DNA of 63,948 nt, filler included, from Welwitschia mirabilis (taxonomy: Eukaryota): assembly GCA_051453625.1 (NCBI GenBank). It is 7 parts of one record of this genome, joined end to end, with 100 filler letters (N's around TTAATTAATTAA, not from the genome) between each part and the next. Parts side by side here need not be neighbours in the genome. Positions count along the whole stretch, not along the records: positions 39,854 to 55,255 come from JBOZIK010000001.1; 6 more parts are not named here. One strand, written 5' to 3'. The notes beneath the pieces are model-generated. The model worked only from the letters and a program-made list of their open reading frames with translations. It had not been told where the DNA came from and made no database searches. Below, piece by piece: positions 41,220 through 54,379 of the stretch; position 1 is the first letter of the stretch; each line of letters begins with the position of its first letter. Both the position numbers and the translations under genes were made by a program.

Positions 41220-41848
41220 TCAGGGACCACTATTGGCTACCCTCATCTTATCAATCCATTGTTTCAGAGAAACTTTAGTGTTCCAAAACCAAACAAAAGT
41301 CAAATTCTTTGCTCTGGTTCATGCAATGCAGAGTCTCCATGCTTGCATTAAGAAGAGAATCAGCAAATATCCAATTAGCATCTTCATTCATGTCTGTAAC
41401 CTGAAGACCATACTTACAGAGAATGGCATTCCATGTGGGGCCTTTATCACGCATGGCCTCGCTCAAACTGAAACCTTCGCGGTCATAGGGTGCCTCATTC
41501 TGAGCCTCGGGAAGTCGTAGCCCAAATGTACTATTCTGCAATAAGTTCGGCCTCAGACATATTAAAGAAGCCATTCCAGCAAGCAGATGCTGTTACCTAG
41601 ATATTTGAAGGCACGACCCTCGTACTTACATGGTAGCATACACAGACAGATTGCTCATTATGTTCACTGTACTCCAACTCTATGGAGAAAATCCCAACAA
41701 GACATTGTTAAGCCTGTGCACGGACCATGTCATCTCCTCCTTTCTGGACGCTGCATCGAAGAGCATATCCTTGAGAGCGTGGTAAAAGTTTCGCAGTGAG
41801 AACAGACGAGGCAGAGGCAGATCTTCCATAGAAGGGGCTTTCGCCTTA
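41220..41848 (-). pseudogene. VEP1: Progesterone 5-beta-reductase/iridoid synthase-like (PRISE/VEP1) 3' fragment
   Basis: EDLP..RL...NFYH-L-D, MTWSVHR, GFSP, VYA-CKYEG, AELIAE, AQNEA, AMRDKGPTW, NW-FAD, MNQSKEF, NT-VSL-QWIDKMR; stops, frameshifts and an internal deletion. Confidence 0.9.
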
Positions 41849-42440
41849 TTGCCCTAAAAATACTTTCATAATCAAAGCCATCCAGTAAAAGCCCTAGAGA
41901 CCTTCTGGTCATCATTTTCACCACTCTACGCCTTACAGACGCAACACGTTTATAGTCGCCAAGAGATTTCTCCAGCGAATGGCTTGTGAAGGATCCATTA
42001 CAAATCGAAATAGGGAGATCTTCATCAGAGTTTCCATAACTGAATCACCCTTGAGATTAACGATCTTCCCCGAATCCCAGCATTCATTCCTTCCTTCACA
42101 ATTCCGGTTCTCCGGTCCCCGAAATCAATTCCTTGTCTTCTTTTGCATCATTCAGCTTACTAACAACGTTCTGCACATAATTGATCCCAAAAAATCGCAA
42201 AAGAAAAATAAACGAAGCGAGTTGCGCATCAATGGCAACAAGCTCCCCAAAACTGACGACATAAAGGGGAACATTGGTCCAAATCTTTTCTCTTGACTGG
42301 TGCATCAGAAAATACGAGGCGCTGAAAAATAGCACAAAGAAAACCTTGTTGAGAAGATTGACGGGCAAAGGCAAAGCATCATATGCCTTGGAATGGATCT
42401 TTTTCGTACTCTTGGATGATGTTAAAGAAGCCATTTTCAT
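41849..42440 (-). pseudogene. HMGR: HMG-CoA reductase exon-1 fragment (membrane domain, linker, start of catalytic domain)
   Basis: KAYDALPLP..L-NKVFFVLFFSASYFLM..REKI...PLYVV, ASFIFLL-FFGINYVQ, SHSLEKSLGD-KR, LDGFDYESI-GQ. Confidence 0.93.
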
Positions 42441-42502
42441 TGTTGCAAAGTCTATGAACAGGCGGACCGATTTGGGGATGGGAAAAAGGCCTTTCCAGTT
42501 TC

Positions 42503-42642
42503 CTCTAAGCAAATTTAGGCACGCCAACTGTGAAGCCAATCATATGCCTCAACGATTCTCACTGAATGCAACCATTTTTCAATACCAATCAACTGTGCAT
42601 ACTTTCCACATAAACATGCAACCTCATAGTGACATGTGTAAA
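42503..42642 (-). pseudogene. HMGR: HMGR exon-3 end, 61-nt intron (42562-42622) and exon-4 start, placed upstream of exon 1
   Basis: LH..VTM..E|GT...CAG| then a decayed VGTVGG and LASQLACLNLL (plant consensus LASQSACLNLLG). Confidence 0.75.
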
Positions 42643-42682
42643 ACTTATTTAAGAGTTAGCAACGAAGTTAATAATCTTATTT

Positions 42683-42695
42683 GGCTCTTATACCA
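42683..42695 (-). promoter_or_regulatory. tRNA-iMet primer-binding site
   Basis: TGGTATAAGAGCC (12/13 match to TGGTATCAGAGCC), 2 nt after ...TCTTTCA. Confidence 0.75.
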
Positions 42696-42697
42696 AT

Positions 42698-42880
42698 TGA
42701 AAGATTTAAGAGTCTTAACAAGAAATGAGCAATGAATAACAAGCAAACGTTCAAATTTCATGTTTAAAATGAGTAGAGTAATTGATGCCCACATTAGTGA
42801 GGTTGTGTATACCGTTAACGTTACATTGTATTTATACATAGAGTCTCATAACTATATTTCATAAATGGCTAAGATAATTG
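42698..42880 (-). mobile_element. Short LTR of the gene-carrying element (remaining bases at 54380-54390)
   Basis: Ends TCTTTCA; TATA box GTATAAATAC near 42830-42839; matching start TGAAAGAC lies on the far side of the Athila insertion. Confidence 0.65.
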
Positions 42881-45800
42881 TGGAAGCATTCTTTTGCAAC
42901 TTGAGTCAATCCATGGAAATGCACAATTAGGGACTGTCTAGTCCTTTATTCAACTTTATTAAATGAAAAGTTAATTGGAAATCCCAACAAGGACTAAGTA
43001 AATTCAGAGTAACAAGCAATTTCAGGTTTTAAGCTATCAAAGGAAATGTTAAACAAACACTAGAAAAACTAGCTAAAGGCAAAGAAAGCAATGCAATATG
43101 CAAAACCTTCCTTTTTACATAGAGATAAGCTCCTGTCCAAGCTTATACTTCAATTGCCAAAATCCTGGTCATAAAGATAATTAGTCTTTGTGAGTGAAGT
43201 CCATGATAGTCTGATTGATTAATCTTTCTTCTACTTACACTCTTTGCAAGGTTTATGAGAAAGCAAACAACTGTAATTAAAAATTTGACATCATAAAACA
43301 ACTTAAAAATCCTTGAAAGTAATCATAGCTTAATAAGCAGTTGCATTTCAAATAAAAGGGAACTTACAAACCCCTTTCTTTTCATTGTCACCAAAAAAAG
43401 CAGTTTCACAAGATGACTTCTTATTTTTTGTTTGAGCTTTTTATTGATTAATAAAAAGAAAGAGAAGACTCCAACAATTTAGCATAGAGCATGGTCTGTT
43501 TTACTAGTTGGTTGATGGACATTTAAGGCTTAACACTAGGCAGTTTAACTGGTCAATGGAGATAGTGTATAGAAATATTGTATATATAATTAACATTCAG
43601 CATATACCATGTTCGTTCCATGGAGGCTAATAAGGAAAATATGGCACTTCTAATAAGAGTCTATAATTCTTCTTCTAGGTTGAATACTTCCTATCCTTTG
43701 CTTTTGCTATTGCGTTTCTTTCCCTTTTAAAGCTTTTCCAACATTAAGGAAAACACCATCATTCACAATATTATAATCTAAATCCTTAATAATCAATTTA
43801 TGGGAATGTTATATCATAAAACGATGCTAAAAACTTCTCTTTTTTTTGCTCTTACACCATCCCCTAGCCAAATCCTTTGACAATTCCTACAAAAAAAATC
43901 AAATTATATAAGGGTAACAGACTATTTCTAGTGCCTATACACATGGTTGGAATTGGAGTAAGAGCATGATTAAAATCATACCAAAATAAATGTGAATATG
44001 TTGCAATTGAGGATTTAAGACAGTACAGGTTATGGTAATAACTATTCAATTACACTCAACCAGTAATACACATGTGCATTCTTAACCACTTAAATACAAT
44101 TTTTTTTTGAAGCAAAAGCACCTGCTAGGATGATATGTAATTTGTTCGTCCAAAAAAAAACAAATGCAATCTAAGCATAATGTTTGAAAATTGCTAGAAG
44201 CATTAAGAAAATGGCAACGATATAAATGTTTTTGCTTAAAGGAAATTTAAAGTTATTATCATCTAATTTCTCTTCAAGAGTTCCATACTTGCATAGAATT
44301 GTTTAATTTTAGAAGGGATAAAGCTACCTCCTACCTTAACAATGTAAGTCCATTTCATTTTTGTTAATTTGTAAAAGATGCCTTGCCATAGTTTCTAAAA
44401 TCTAAACATCATGTCTATTTCCTACAGAAAACCCCAATCTTGGATTTCCAATAGTTTATGTTATTGCTGCTCTATGAGATGAAGCTGTTGTCTTTGTTGT
44501 GTTTTTTATTCTAGAACAGAGGTACGATGCTCTTTAGCCACCTCTCTAATCTCTCTGATTTACTTTAAAGATACATCAAGAATTATTATATGTCTATCAA
44601 ATATGGGCTGACTATCATACACTATCTAGGTAGCCTGTTCTGACGGCATATCCCTAACATCTGCCTTAGTCCTGATCTATTATTATTTAGAATGTTGTGC
44701 CTCATCTAGCATCTCCTATAGATGCTTCTTTACTATCTTTGATTTCATGGTAGTTAGGGCGTCGATTAGCTTTCTCTTCTCTTTAGTAGCTTTCCCAATT
44801 TTTCATTTTGACCTAGTGGAGTTCTTGCTGGCTTTGTTGGTTGAGGGCTCCTTTTGAAATTTTTTTTTTTTTAGGTTGTGGATCTTTGTTAAATGGAGGC
44901 CTTATTTAATTGAACTCGTAGGTGTTTTGCAATTTTCATTTTTGTTATCATTTTCACTAGTAAGTCCTATGTTAGTTCATACCCCTATTGCTCCATTGTG
45001 TTTTATTTCTTACATGTGGAGGGTTCCTTGCATGTTACATTTCTGTTTTGTTGTTGCTTTATCCTTGATTCGATTCTTTTCTTGATTTATTTGGTAGAGG
45101 TTGGTTTTTCCATTTGCTCAAAAAGAATGTCCATAGTGTGAAAATATTCATGATGGATCATGCAAAAGATTACATTCGAAGAAATTGAAGTATGCGAAAA
45201 ATCAAAAACATATTTATTTAAAAAAAAAAAACTCTTCCAGCGGTATATTCAAAAGCTCTTACTAGCAATAGCGATACTAATGCTGGATAGTTTATGTTTG
45301 AGCAATACACCAATGCTATTAAGGGGAAAAATATTCATNNNNNNNNNNNNNNNNNNNNNNNNNNNNNNNNNNNNNNNNNNNNNNNNNNNNNNNNNNNNNN
45401 NNNNNNNNNNNNNNNNNNNNNNNNNNNNNNNNNNNNNNCTAGTGCTATTAAGGGGAAAAAATATTCATGCGTAAAGACAATATAAAGCAGTATACTATAA
45501 ATAAAGTGTGAATAAAGTGAAAAAGAACTTAAGCATTAAGCTTTTAAAAAGGAAAAAGGATTGATTATAAGATAAGTGTTCTTTTGTTTAAACAATCCTA
45601 CTTTCATCGAAGGTATGTCTACTTGAAAATAAGAACTTAAACGAAAAGAAAATGGACTATTGGAAAAAGAGTATTTCGAACATTCGTGATAGCAATGGAG
45701 TGATGAAGTCAAAATGTAGTTCAGTGTGTTGATCCAAAATAACACTAGTAATTTCTAGGACTTAGCACAGTGTGTCTATTTTCTATGGGATGAGTCAGTG

Positions 45801-48800
45801 TTAAAAGGAAGGTTATGAAGTCGACACGTGTAGACATAGTTGACTAGAAATAAAATGAAATTTGATTTTATTATAAACACTTTATTTATCATAAGTATGT
45901 CATGTGGAGGTTCAGTTTTGTAATGCAACATTATATGTACAATGTCAGTTCTACTGCTTGTAATCAAAATAAAGCATAGAGAATTTAAGAAAACTCAGAA
46001 TTGACATTGTACATACAATGTCAATTCCAAAGGTTCTTGGGACATTTAACAGCAATACTTTCATGGTATTAACCTTGTCTTTCAATGTTTTTCTTGTTCC
46101 TTTATGTCTATGACTCTTGGACTCTGCATGTTAATGTTTTAATAAGGTATGAACTGGAATCAATTTCTGTCATTTAGGAAATCATTTAATTACTTAAGAA
46201 ATGGTTAGACTAACTGTCAATTATTCTTAGGCATAGTTAAGCAATCGAAGAATGTGAGTTACAGATATTGAAGATGTCATCACACATCAATCTCATTAAC
46301 CATTGAAATTGTACCCTAAGTAGCCCTTTAACATACTTTAAAAAAAAAAATTTAAAGAGAGTTATCTTATAGTTAAAAATAACAAAGGAAATGATGAAAA
46401 TTAGGGCTATTAAAATTGTAGCTTCAAGAGGACCAGATTGTTCTTTTTGTCTTTTTATGGCTAAAATTCATTTCCAAGTCTAATGCATCTCTATAATAGG
46501 TGTATTTCCTAGACAGAACAATGGATTGTTAGCCAACTGTGCTCCTACTAGATGATACAACATCAGTTTAAACCATCGAATTCCTCCTCATGGAGTTTTG
46601 CACCACACAATTGACATCTGTAAGAATTAATAATACTAGAATCCATCAAACAATTTAACACCAAAATTCTGGATAGTAATTTTAGAAAATCTAAACTATC
46701 CTGATAAGAATTAATAATACTTATCATGGATTGTGAGCACCTAATGCTTCCCCCAAATCTTGAGACTTAAGGATTTTGCCCCTCTTTTCAATTTTGATTT
46801 TAGTTGTATCAGTGTGGAAGATGACTATTATTATATACATATATATATACACTATATACATTATATACACAAAAGCACTTTAAGAGATACTTACATAATA
46901 ACAAATGATGGGAGTAATAATTTTTGCCCTGACTCTCTAAGAAAAATTTCCTCAATTAAATTTAAAGATTGCTTTACAATGTTGTGAGGAGAATAAGACT
47001 TTAGCTGTTGACCATTCACCATAAAAATGTTGTTTCCTTTAAGATTTGCAATTGAAATTGATCCATTAGTGTGTTGTTTTATAACCATGTAGGGGCCTTT
47101 CCACCTTAATATTAACTTGTTATGAATGCTACTCAGTCTAGAATTAAAGAGAAGCACAAATTCTCCTTTTTCAAATGATTTTCTTTTGATGTTCTTATCA
47201 TGATATTTCTTCATTTGGGCTTTGATAATAAGTTTTTGGTTCAATGATTGGGTTCTTTCTCATCTAGTTTATGTAGATATTCTATTCTTTTATCTAGGTT
47301 TTATTGTCCATTAGTAAGATTGATTATGGACAAAGTTTTAAGAGACCTATGGACCAGGCTCCTAGGTAGGAGATATTACTTTTCATGCGTAGGGAGTAAA
47401 ACCCAATGCAGTTTTAACCATAATATGGTAGGATTATAATACCTCATCTAAATTGATACTCCAATTTTTTCTATGAATATTGACCAGTTTTTATAGCATC
47501 TTTTTCAACTCTCTCTTTGTTCTTTCAGTTAAACCATTTGTTTGGGGGCGATATGCATTCACTACCCTGTGTTGAATGCCATTTTTCGTGAGCAATTTTT
47601 TAACTATTTTATTCACAAAATATGTTCCTTAATTAGAAATTAAAATGTGAGGAAATTCAAACCTACTTAGGATATTAGTTTTTAAAATTTTACAAACAAG
47701 TTTGGCATCATTGGAGCTCATTGCTATAGCTTTAACCCATTTTGTCATGTAATCTACAGCTACCNNNNNNNNNNAAATGAAGGAGGAGTTAAAGGGCTAA
47801 TAAAAATCAATTTTATAATAGTTAAATGGTTCACATTCTATTATCACTTAGAATGACATTTGATATCTCCTTGTAATTCCTCCATATGTTGACATTTATC
47901 ACATTTTTTTTTACAAATTCATGAGCATCTCTAAATAAAGAGGGTCAATAAAACCTTGCACATAAAACCTTGATAGCTATTTTCCTCCCATCAAAGGGTT
48001 CTCCATCCACCTGTCCATGACAGAATTGTAATATTTCTTCTTGTTCCCATTCCGGTATGCATCTTCTAATAATGTAATCTACACATGTTTTAAACAAATA
48101 CAATAAGATCCAAAAGCATCTAGGAATTTAGTTTAGATACATTTTTTGTTCAATTGGCCATCCAATATCTAGGAGTGTGATGACATTCTAAATAATTGGC
48201 AATTACAGCATACTAAGGATCTTTAGAGGATGTGTTAGAAGTTTGACAAGAAAAAATGTGTTCATCTAGAAATTGGCCATAAGATTCATCATCCTATGTT
48301 TTAGATTTGATTAGTAAGTGGGAAAGGTAATTAACTACTGTATTATCATTCCCTTTCTTGTCTATTATTGAAATATTAAATTCTTGTAAATGAATAATCC
48401 ACCTCAAAGCTCGAGAATTTAATTAGGATTTAGACAACATATACCTAATGGTTGTATGATCTATGTGAATATTAGTGTGAAAGCCAACAAGATAGTATCT
48501 TAATTCATATAATGATAGCACAATAGCTATTAGTTCTCTCTCAATGGTTGAATAATTGGTTTGATCTGGATTTAGAAATCTATTAAAGTAAGCAATGACA
48601 TGATTTTTCTTGTCAAGTTTCTATTCTAAAATAGCTCCTATTGCATAATTGCTAATATCTGTTATTAATTCAAAATTAAAGTATCAATTAGGACCTTGTA
48701 ATATAGGAGCAATTATCAATTTTTCCTTGAGGTTTCAAATGTTTGTTGGTGATTATAAGTTCATTTAAAAGCTGTGTATTTTTCCTAACAAATTGTGTAA

Positions 48801-51800
48801 GGCTTTACAAATCTTTGAACAACCTTCAATAAACCTTCTACAAAAGCCTACATATCCAAGGAATGATCTTAGTTGTTTGAGAGAGTTGGGAGGCTCTAAA
48901 TTTTGGATTATGTTACTTTTGGAGGGTCTATCTCTATATATTTTTTAGAAACAATGTAGCCTAAAATTACACCTTTAACAAGCATAAAGAAAGATTTTTC
49001 CTAACTTAATTTTAATCCACTCTCAATGCATCTGTTCAAGAAATTTTCTAGGTGTAAAATTGTTTAGTCAAGGAGTCACCTCATACTAAAAAATCATCCA
49101 TAAGAACTTCCATAAAATCATCAAGCATATTTGTAAAAATACCTTACATAGCTCTTTGAAAACTTCCTAGAGCATTACACAATCCAAATAACACCTTCGG
49201 AATGCATAGGTGCCAAAAGATAAAATGAAGATTATCAAAGCTTGATCTTTTAATGTAATGTGAATTTGGTTATAACCGTTGTACCATCTAAGAAACAGTA
49301 AAAATTATGCCCTTGTGTTTTATTAAGTACTTGATCAAGGAATGGTNNNNNNNNNNNNNNNNNNNNNNNNNNNNNNNNNNNNNNNNNNNNNNNNNNNNNN
49401 NNNNNNNNNNNNNNNNNNNNNNNNNNNNNNNNNNNNNNNNNNNNNNATGCCCTTATGTTTTATCAAGTACTTGATCAAGGAATGGTAGATGGTCTTTATT
49501 TGTAACTTGATTGAGTCTTTATAATATTATACAAACCCTTCATTTATTCTTTCTCTTAGGGGCAACTATTATTAGACTTACCCACTCACTATCAGCAATG
49601 GGATAAATGATTGATATTTTCATCCATCACTGTTAATGATCTCTTCCTTCACGACTTGTTTTAAGACTAGATTTAGTCTTTTTTGGGGTTCATGTATAGG
49701 TTTTACCTAGATTTTGTGTTATACTAGATGTGGAGGAACACCTACTAGGTCTCTATGAATCCAAAAAAATGCATGATATTTCTTTTATAGTAGTGAAATA
49801 AGGTTCCCTTCATATTTAGCATTTAATTCTAAATTAATCACTAAATGTTGAGTTATGTTCTCTTCCATAAATACATATTTAAGATGCTATAGTAATTATT
49901 TCAACTAAAATTCTATTGGTCTCTTTTCTTGTTGAATTTTTAGATCTATGATTTCTCCTTCCTTACTTAAATACTAGGTAGATTTTGAAAGGCCTCTTCT
50001 CATATCCTTCATGGAAATTATTTTAAAGGTTTGAATAGATTCTTGCTTTTGTGTATTTTCATCTCTTAAATCACAATTTATCTCACATGGGTCAAATGAA
50101 TATAGGTAGTTTTTAAGTAGTTATAATTATAAAGATGTCCAACAATAAGAATTTGATTCCCCCATTATTCAGAGAAGTTCCTCTTTGCTCTTATTNNNNN
50201 NNNNNNNNNNNNNNNNNNNNNNNNNNNNNNNNNNNNNNNNNNNNNNNNNNNNNNNNNNNNNTCTTGAATGTTTTTTAGCTACATTGTAAACCTTTATATC
50301 AAACTTTTCACTCCCAAATTGCAAGGTGAGGATGTCATTTTAGGTATTAACAACTCCATTTGCAGTTGCTAATCATGCTCTTCCTAAGATTAAAGGATAA
50401 CCATTGCTTTTTGTTACTTCTAGCATAACAAAGTCTATTAGATAGAATCCTCTATCAACCTAAATCACTAAGTCTTTTATCATGATTATATCTCTTTTCA
50501 AAGAGTCATCTTTCATTTCTAAGACAACAATAGTAGGTTTAAGTGGCTTTATAGTTTAAGTGTTTTCATAATATGTTCGAGCATCATGTTTATACTTGCT
50601 CCCAGATCTACTAAACAATGTCTCAACCTAACAATGCCCTCTAAAATAATAGTTAAGGTTGTTGCCCCTAGATCCTTATACCTCGGGCTTTGATGCTAAG
50701 CTACAAAAATCATTGATCATCCAAATAAATTCTTTTAGGAAGTTTTCTTTTATGATTTCTCTTTACTAAATCTCTAAATGCCTTCTCATACCTTTTATTA
50801 TTCCTCAATAGTTTTGAAAGAGGCATAGGTAAAGATGCTTATTTCAAAAAGGTTTCTAACTCAAAACTCAAATCCTCTTTATTTCTTCTTAATCTTTTAG
50901 CAAAAGGTGGTTGTTCCATGGCTGGCATTGTTGTGTTTTAGCATTCCAATTTTTCTTCTTGGATATTTTTCTTTTTTCCTTCTAATTATTGATTTTTTTT
51001 TACTTCTATTTCCTTCCTTAAATCACTCCCTATCCTTACTCTATTTATAGTTATGGATTTTAAATCTTTGATTTGATTTGGATTTGGGTGGCTTATTGAA
51101 GGTAAGATCCCTGCGTTTCTTATGTTGGAGTACAATGTTTATTACATTAATCCTACAAGCTTATTTAATTTTTCATTAATGTGCGTCATAACTTGCCTCA
51201 AATTAGTGAAAATTTTTTTCATGTTTTATTGCAAGAACTCCAAGTTAACTAGAGGAGATTAGGTAGAGGTTGCAAAGTAGAAGTAGTTGGTTAACTATAA
51301 GATGGAAAGGTAGATGGGTTTGGGCTTATCAATAATCTCATGTATTATTTCTAAAAAAGATAGCCCCATAAGGTTTTTAGAATCTATTAAAATTAGTTTT
51401 AAGACCTTGGAAGGCATTAGGCTATGGATTTTGATTTATGTTATTAAGTGCACATAATTCCTCATAGACATTGTTCTAACAGAAAGGAAGAGCAGGGCAT
51501 TTTTCCACCTCATGATCAAGATCTTGAGAAAGTAAGCACTTTTTTTTCTCAATAACAATTTCTTCCTTTGTTTTTTTTATTAGTTTTTTTTTACTTCAAG
51601 TTCTTTATTGTAAGAGCTACCTTTTCCAATGTTTTTGTCATATTTTTCAAAGGTTCATCTAATGCTTGTTTGATTACAAAGACTTCCTCACTCAACTTGA
51701 TGCTTTTCATTTGTCTCAATTACTTTCTTAGCAGGGGTAGTTCATTCTTTGTTGTCTGCCATGATTTAATCTATTCTGGTAGTGATTATAATTTTGATCA

Positions 51801-54379
51801 ACATTGATCTAATGGAACTTTCATAATATTCCCCCCATAGGCACGATCCATTATTTGTCGAGTCTTTGGCAAAGACCTTCTATAAAGTAACCTACTAACT
51901 TCCAGTATTCAATATTGTTTACTGGGTATATAGTAATGTAAGAGGAGAATCTCTTAAAGGATGTGACATAATCCTCCTCTTTTAGCTATCTAAAACTAGT
52001 GATTCTTTTTCTAAGTCTTTGAACTTTGGAGTTGGTAAGGTATCTGTTAAGAAAGGCTCTTTCCATTTGATCTTGCGAAGAGATAGAATGATGGACAAGA
52101 TGGTAGAACTACTTTCTCATATTTTCTATGAGTGCCATTTTAAATACCATCAAATAGAGTCTATTAATGATCGATTTTCCTAATGTGTAAAGAAATGGGT
52201 CAAGATCGATTAGGAATTGTAATGGATCATTAATGTGTCTTTCCCATTGTATTTAAGCTATGCACTTAATTTTTTTATCTCCACATCCTCTTCATCTTGC
52301 AAATTTATTGGATTGTAAATTTTCCAATTTCTTCTTTTTAGAGCATTTATCAAAGTTCTTAGAGCTGGAGGATTACCAACCATTTTGTGAATACTTTCAA
52401 TCTTAAGTTTAGATTCTTCTTTTACCTCCAATTTGATGAGAAATTCCTCAATGAACTTGGGATCCCTTAATGATAAGAAAGAAGACTAAAGGATTTTGGG
52501 AGTCCCTTCTTNNNNNNNNNNNNNNNNNNNNNNNNNNNNNNNNNNNNNNNNNNNNNNNNNNNNNNNNNNNNNNNNNNNNNNNNNNNNNNNNNNNNNNNNN
52601 NNNNNNNNNNNGATTTTCCTAATGTGTAAAGAAATGGGTCAAGATCAATTAGGAATTGTAATGGATCATTAGTGTGTCTTTCCCATTGTATTTAAGCTGT
52701 GCACTTAAATTTTTTATCTCCACATCCTCTTCATCTTGCAAATTTATTAAATTGTGAATTTTCCACTTTCTCCTTTTTAGAGCATTTATCAAAGTTCTTA
52801 GAGCTGGAGGGTTACCAACCATTTTGTGAATACTTTCAATCTTAAGTTTAGGTTCTTCTTTTACCTCCGATTTGATGAGAAATTCCTCAATGAACTTGGG
52901 ATCCCTTAATGATAAGAAAGAAGAATAAAGGATTTTGGGAGTCCCTTCTTCAGACTCTAATTTTATTATTTCATCAGGGGAGAAGGCTACTTTTAGAGTA
53001 TTACTTTGTGAGCCTGATACTGATTTTCCACAAGTTACATTTATGATCACTTGATAAGATGAAAAGGGAAAGTCTTGCTTTCCAAAAAGTGTAGGCAAAT
53101 TGATTTTTTTTTTTTGGTTTTTACATAATGCGTTTGTACTCTTAATAATCAAAAAGACCAATTTTTATGTTTTCTCTAATAAATTTAAATTCTTTAGTTT
53201 CTCATTTCTTTGACATATAAAAGAAAAAAATTATTCTACATTACACTTAAGTAAAATGCAATTGTCAATAAAAATTATTGCAAAGGGGTAGAAGTACTTA
53301 GATGTTGAATTGACAAAAAGAAATAAAGAAGACCAAAATCCTAAACAGACTGATACCTCCCCGATAACGACATCAAAATTTGGAAGCATTCTTTTACAAC
53401 ATGAGTCAATTTGTGGAGATGCACAGTTAGGGTCTATTTGACCCTTTATTCAAATTTATTGAATGAAAACTTGATTTAAAATTCCAACAAGGACTAATCA
53501 AATCTAGAGTAAATAAGCAATTTCATGTTTTTAGCTATCAAAGGAACAATTAAATAAATACTAAAAAAACTAGCTAAAGGCAAAAAAAGTGATGCAATAT
53601 GCGAAACTTTTCTTTTTATAAAGAGATGATCTCCTATCCAAGCTCATACTTCAATTGCCAAAACCCTAGTCATAAAGATGATTGAAGTCTTTTTGAGTGA
53701 AGTTCATAATAGTCTAATTGATTAATCTTTCTTCTATTTACATTCTTTGCAAGCTTTATAATGAAACAAATAATTGTAATTGAAAATTTGACATCTTAAA
53801 ATAGTTTAAAAATCCTTGAAAATAATTACAACTTAATAAGCAGTCACATTCCAAATCAGAGGGAATTTGCAAATGCCTTTCTTTTCATTATCACCAAAAA
53901 AAGCAATTCCACAAGATAACTTCTTCTCTTTGTTTGAGATTTTTATTTATTAAGAAAAAAAGAGATAAGATTCCGATAATTTAGCATAGAGCATGGTCTA
54001 TTAAACAAGTTAGTTAATGGGAATTTAGGACTTAATACTTGGCAGTTTAACTACTCAATGGAGACACTTTATAGAAGTAGTATAAATACAATCAACGTTC
54101 AACATATACCGTGTTCATTCCATGGAGACTAATAAAGAAAATATGACACTTTTGATAAGAATCTCTAATTCTTCTTCTAGGTTGAATACTTCCTATCATT
54201 TGATCTTGCTATTTCTTTTCTTTCCCTTTTAAATCCTTTCCTACATTAAGAAAAATGCCATCAATTAGTCTATTGTAAGTATCATTTGCAATATTATAAT
54301 CTGAATCCTTAATAATTAATTTCTGGGAATCTTACATCATAAAACAATGCTAAAAGCTTTTCTTTTTTATGCTTTTATA
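42881..54379 (-). mobile_element. Full-length decayed Athila-like gypsy element (about 11.5 kb)
   Basis: LTRs at 42881-43856 and 53381-54379; PPT GGCTAGGGGATGG next to 43856; decayed tRNA-Asp PBS TTTGATGTCGTTATCGGGGA at about 53358-53377; flanks ATTG(T)/ATAGT. Confidence 0.92.
46891..53161 (-). pseudogene. Athila gag-protease-RT-RNase H-integrase, heavily disrupted
   Basis: Gag at about 51.5-53.1 kb; protease LVDLGASIN at about 50.6 kb; RT SEWVS, FGLCNA, MDDF; RNase H NYSTIERELIA; integrase C-term MKKYHDK...VLLFNSRL...WKGPY...VNGQQLK. Confidence 0.92.

Noticed and set aside
40927-42716. 14/16 inverted match AAGACT(T/C)TT(T/A)AATCTT flanking the HMGR-PRISE chimera, as possible Pack-element terminal repeats
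   Set aside because: Short, AT-rich, does not extend and has no TSD. The right copy is better explained as the LTR end next to the PBS.
41233-42735. Plus-strand ORFs of 70-153 aa over the chimera
   Set aside because: Antisense shadows of the GC-richer HMGR and PRISE coding sequence, with no recognisable motifs.
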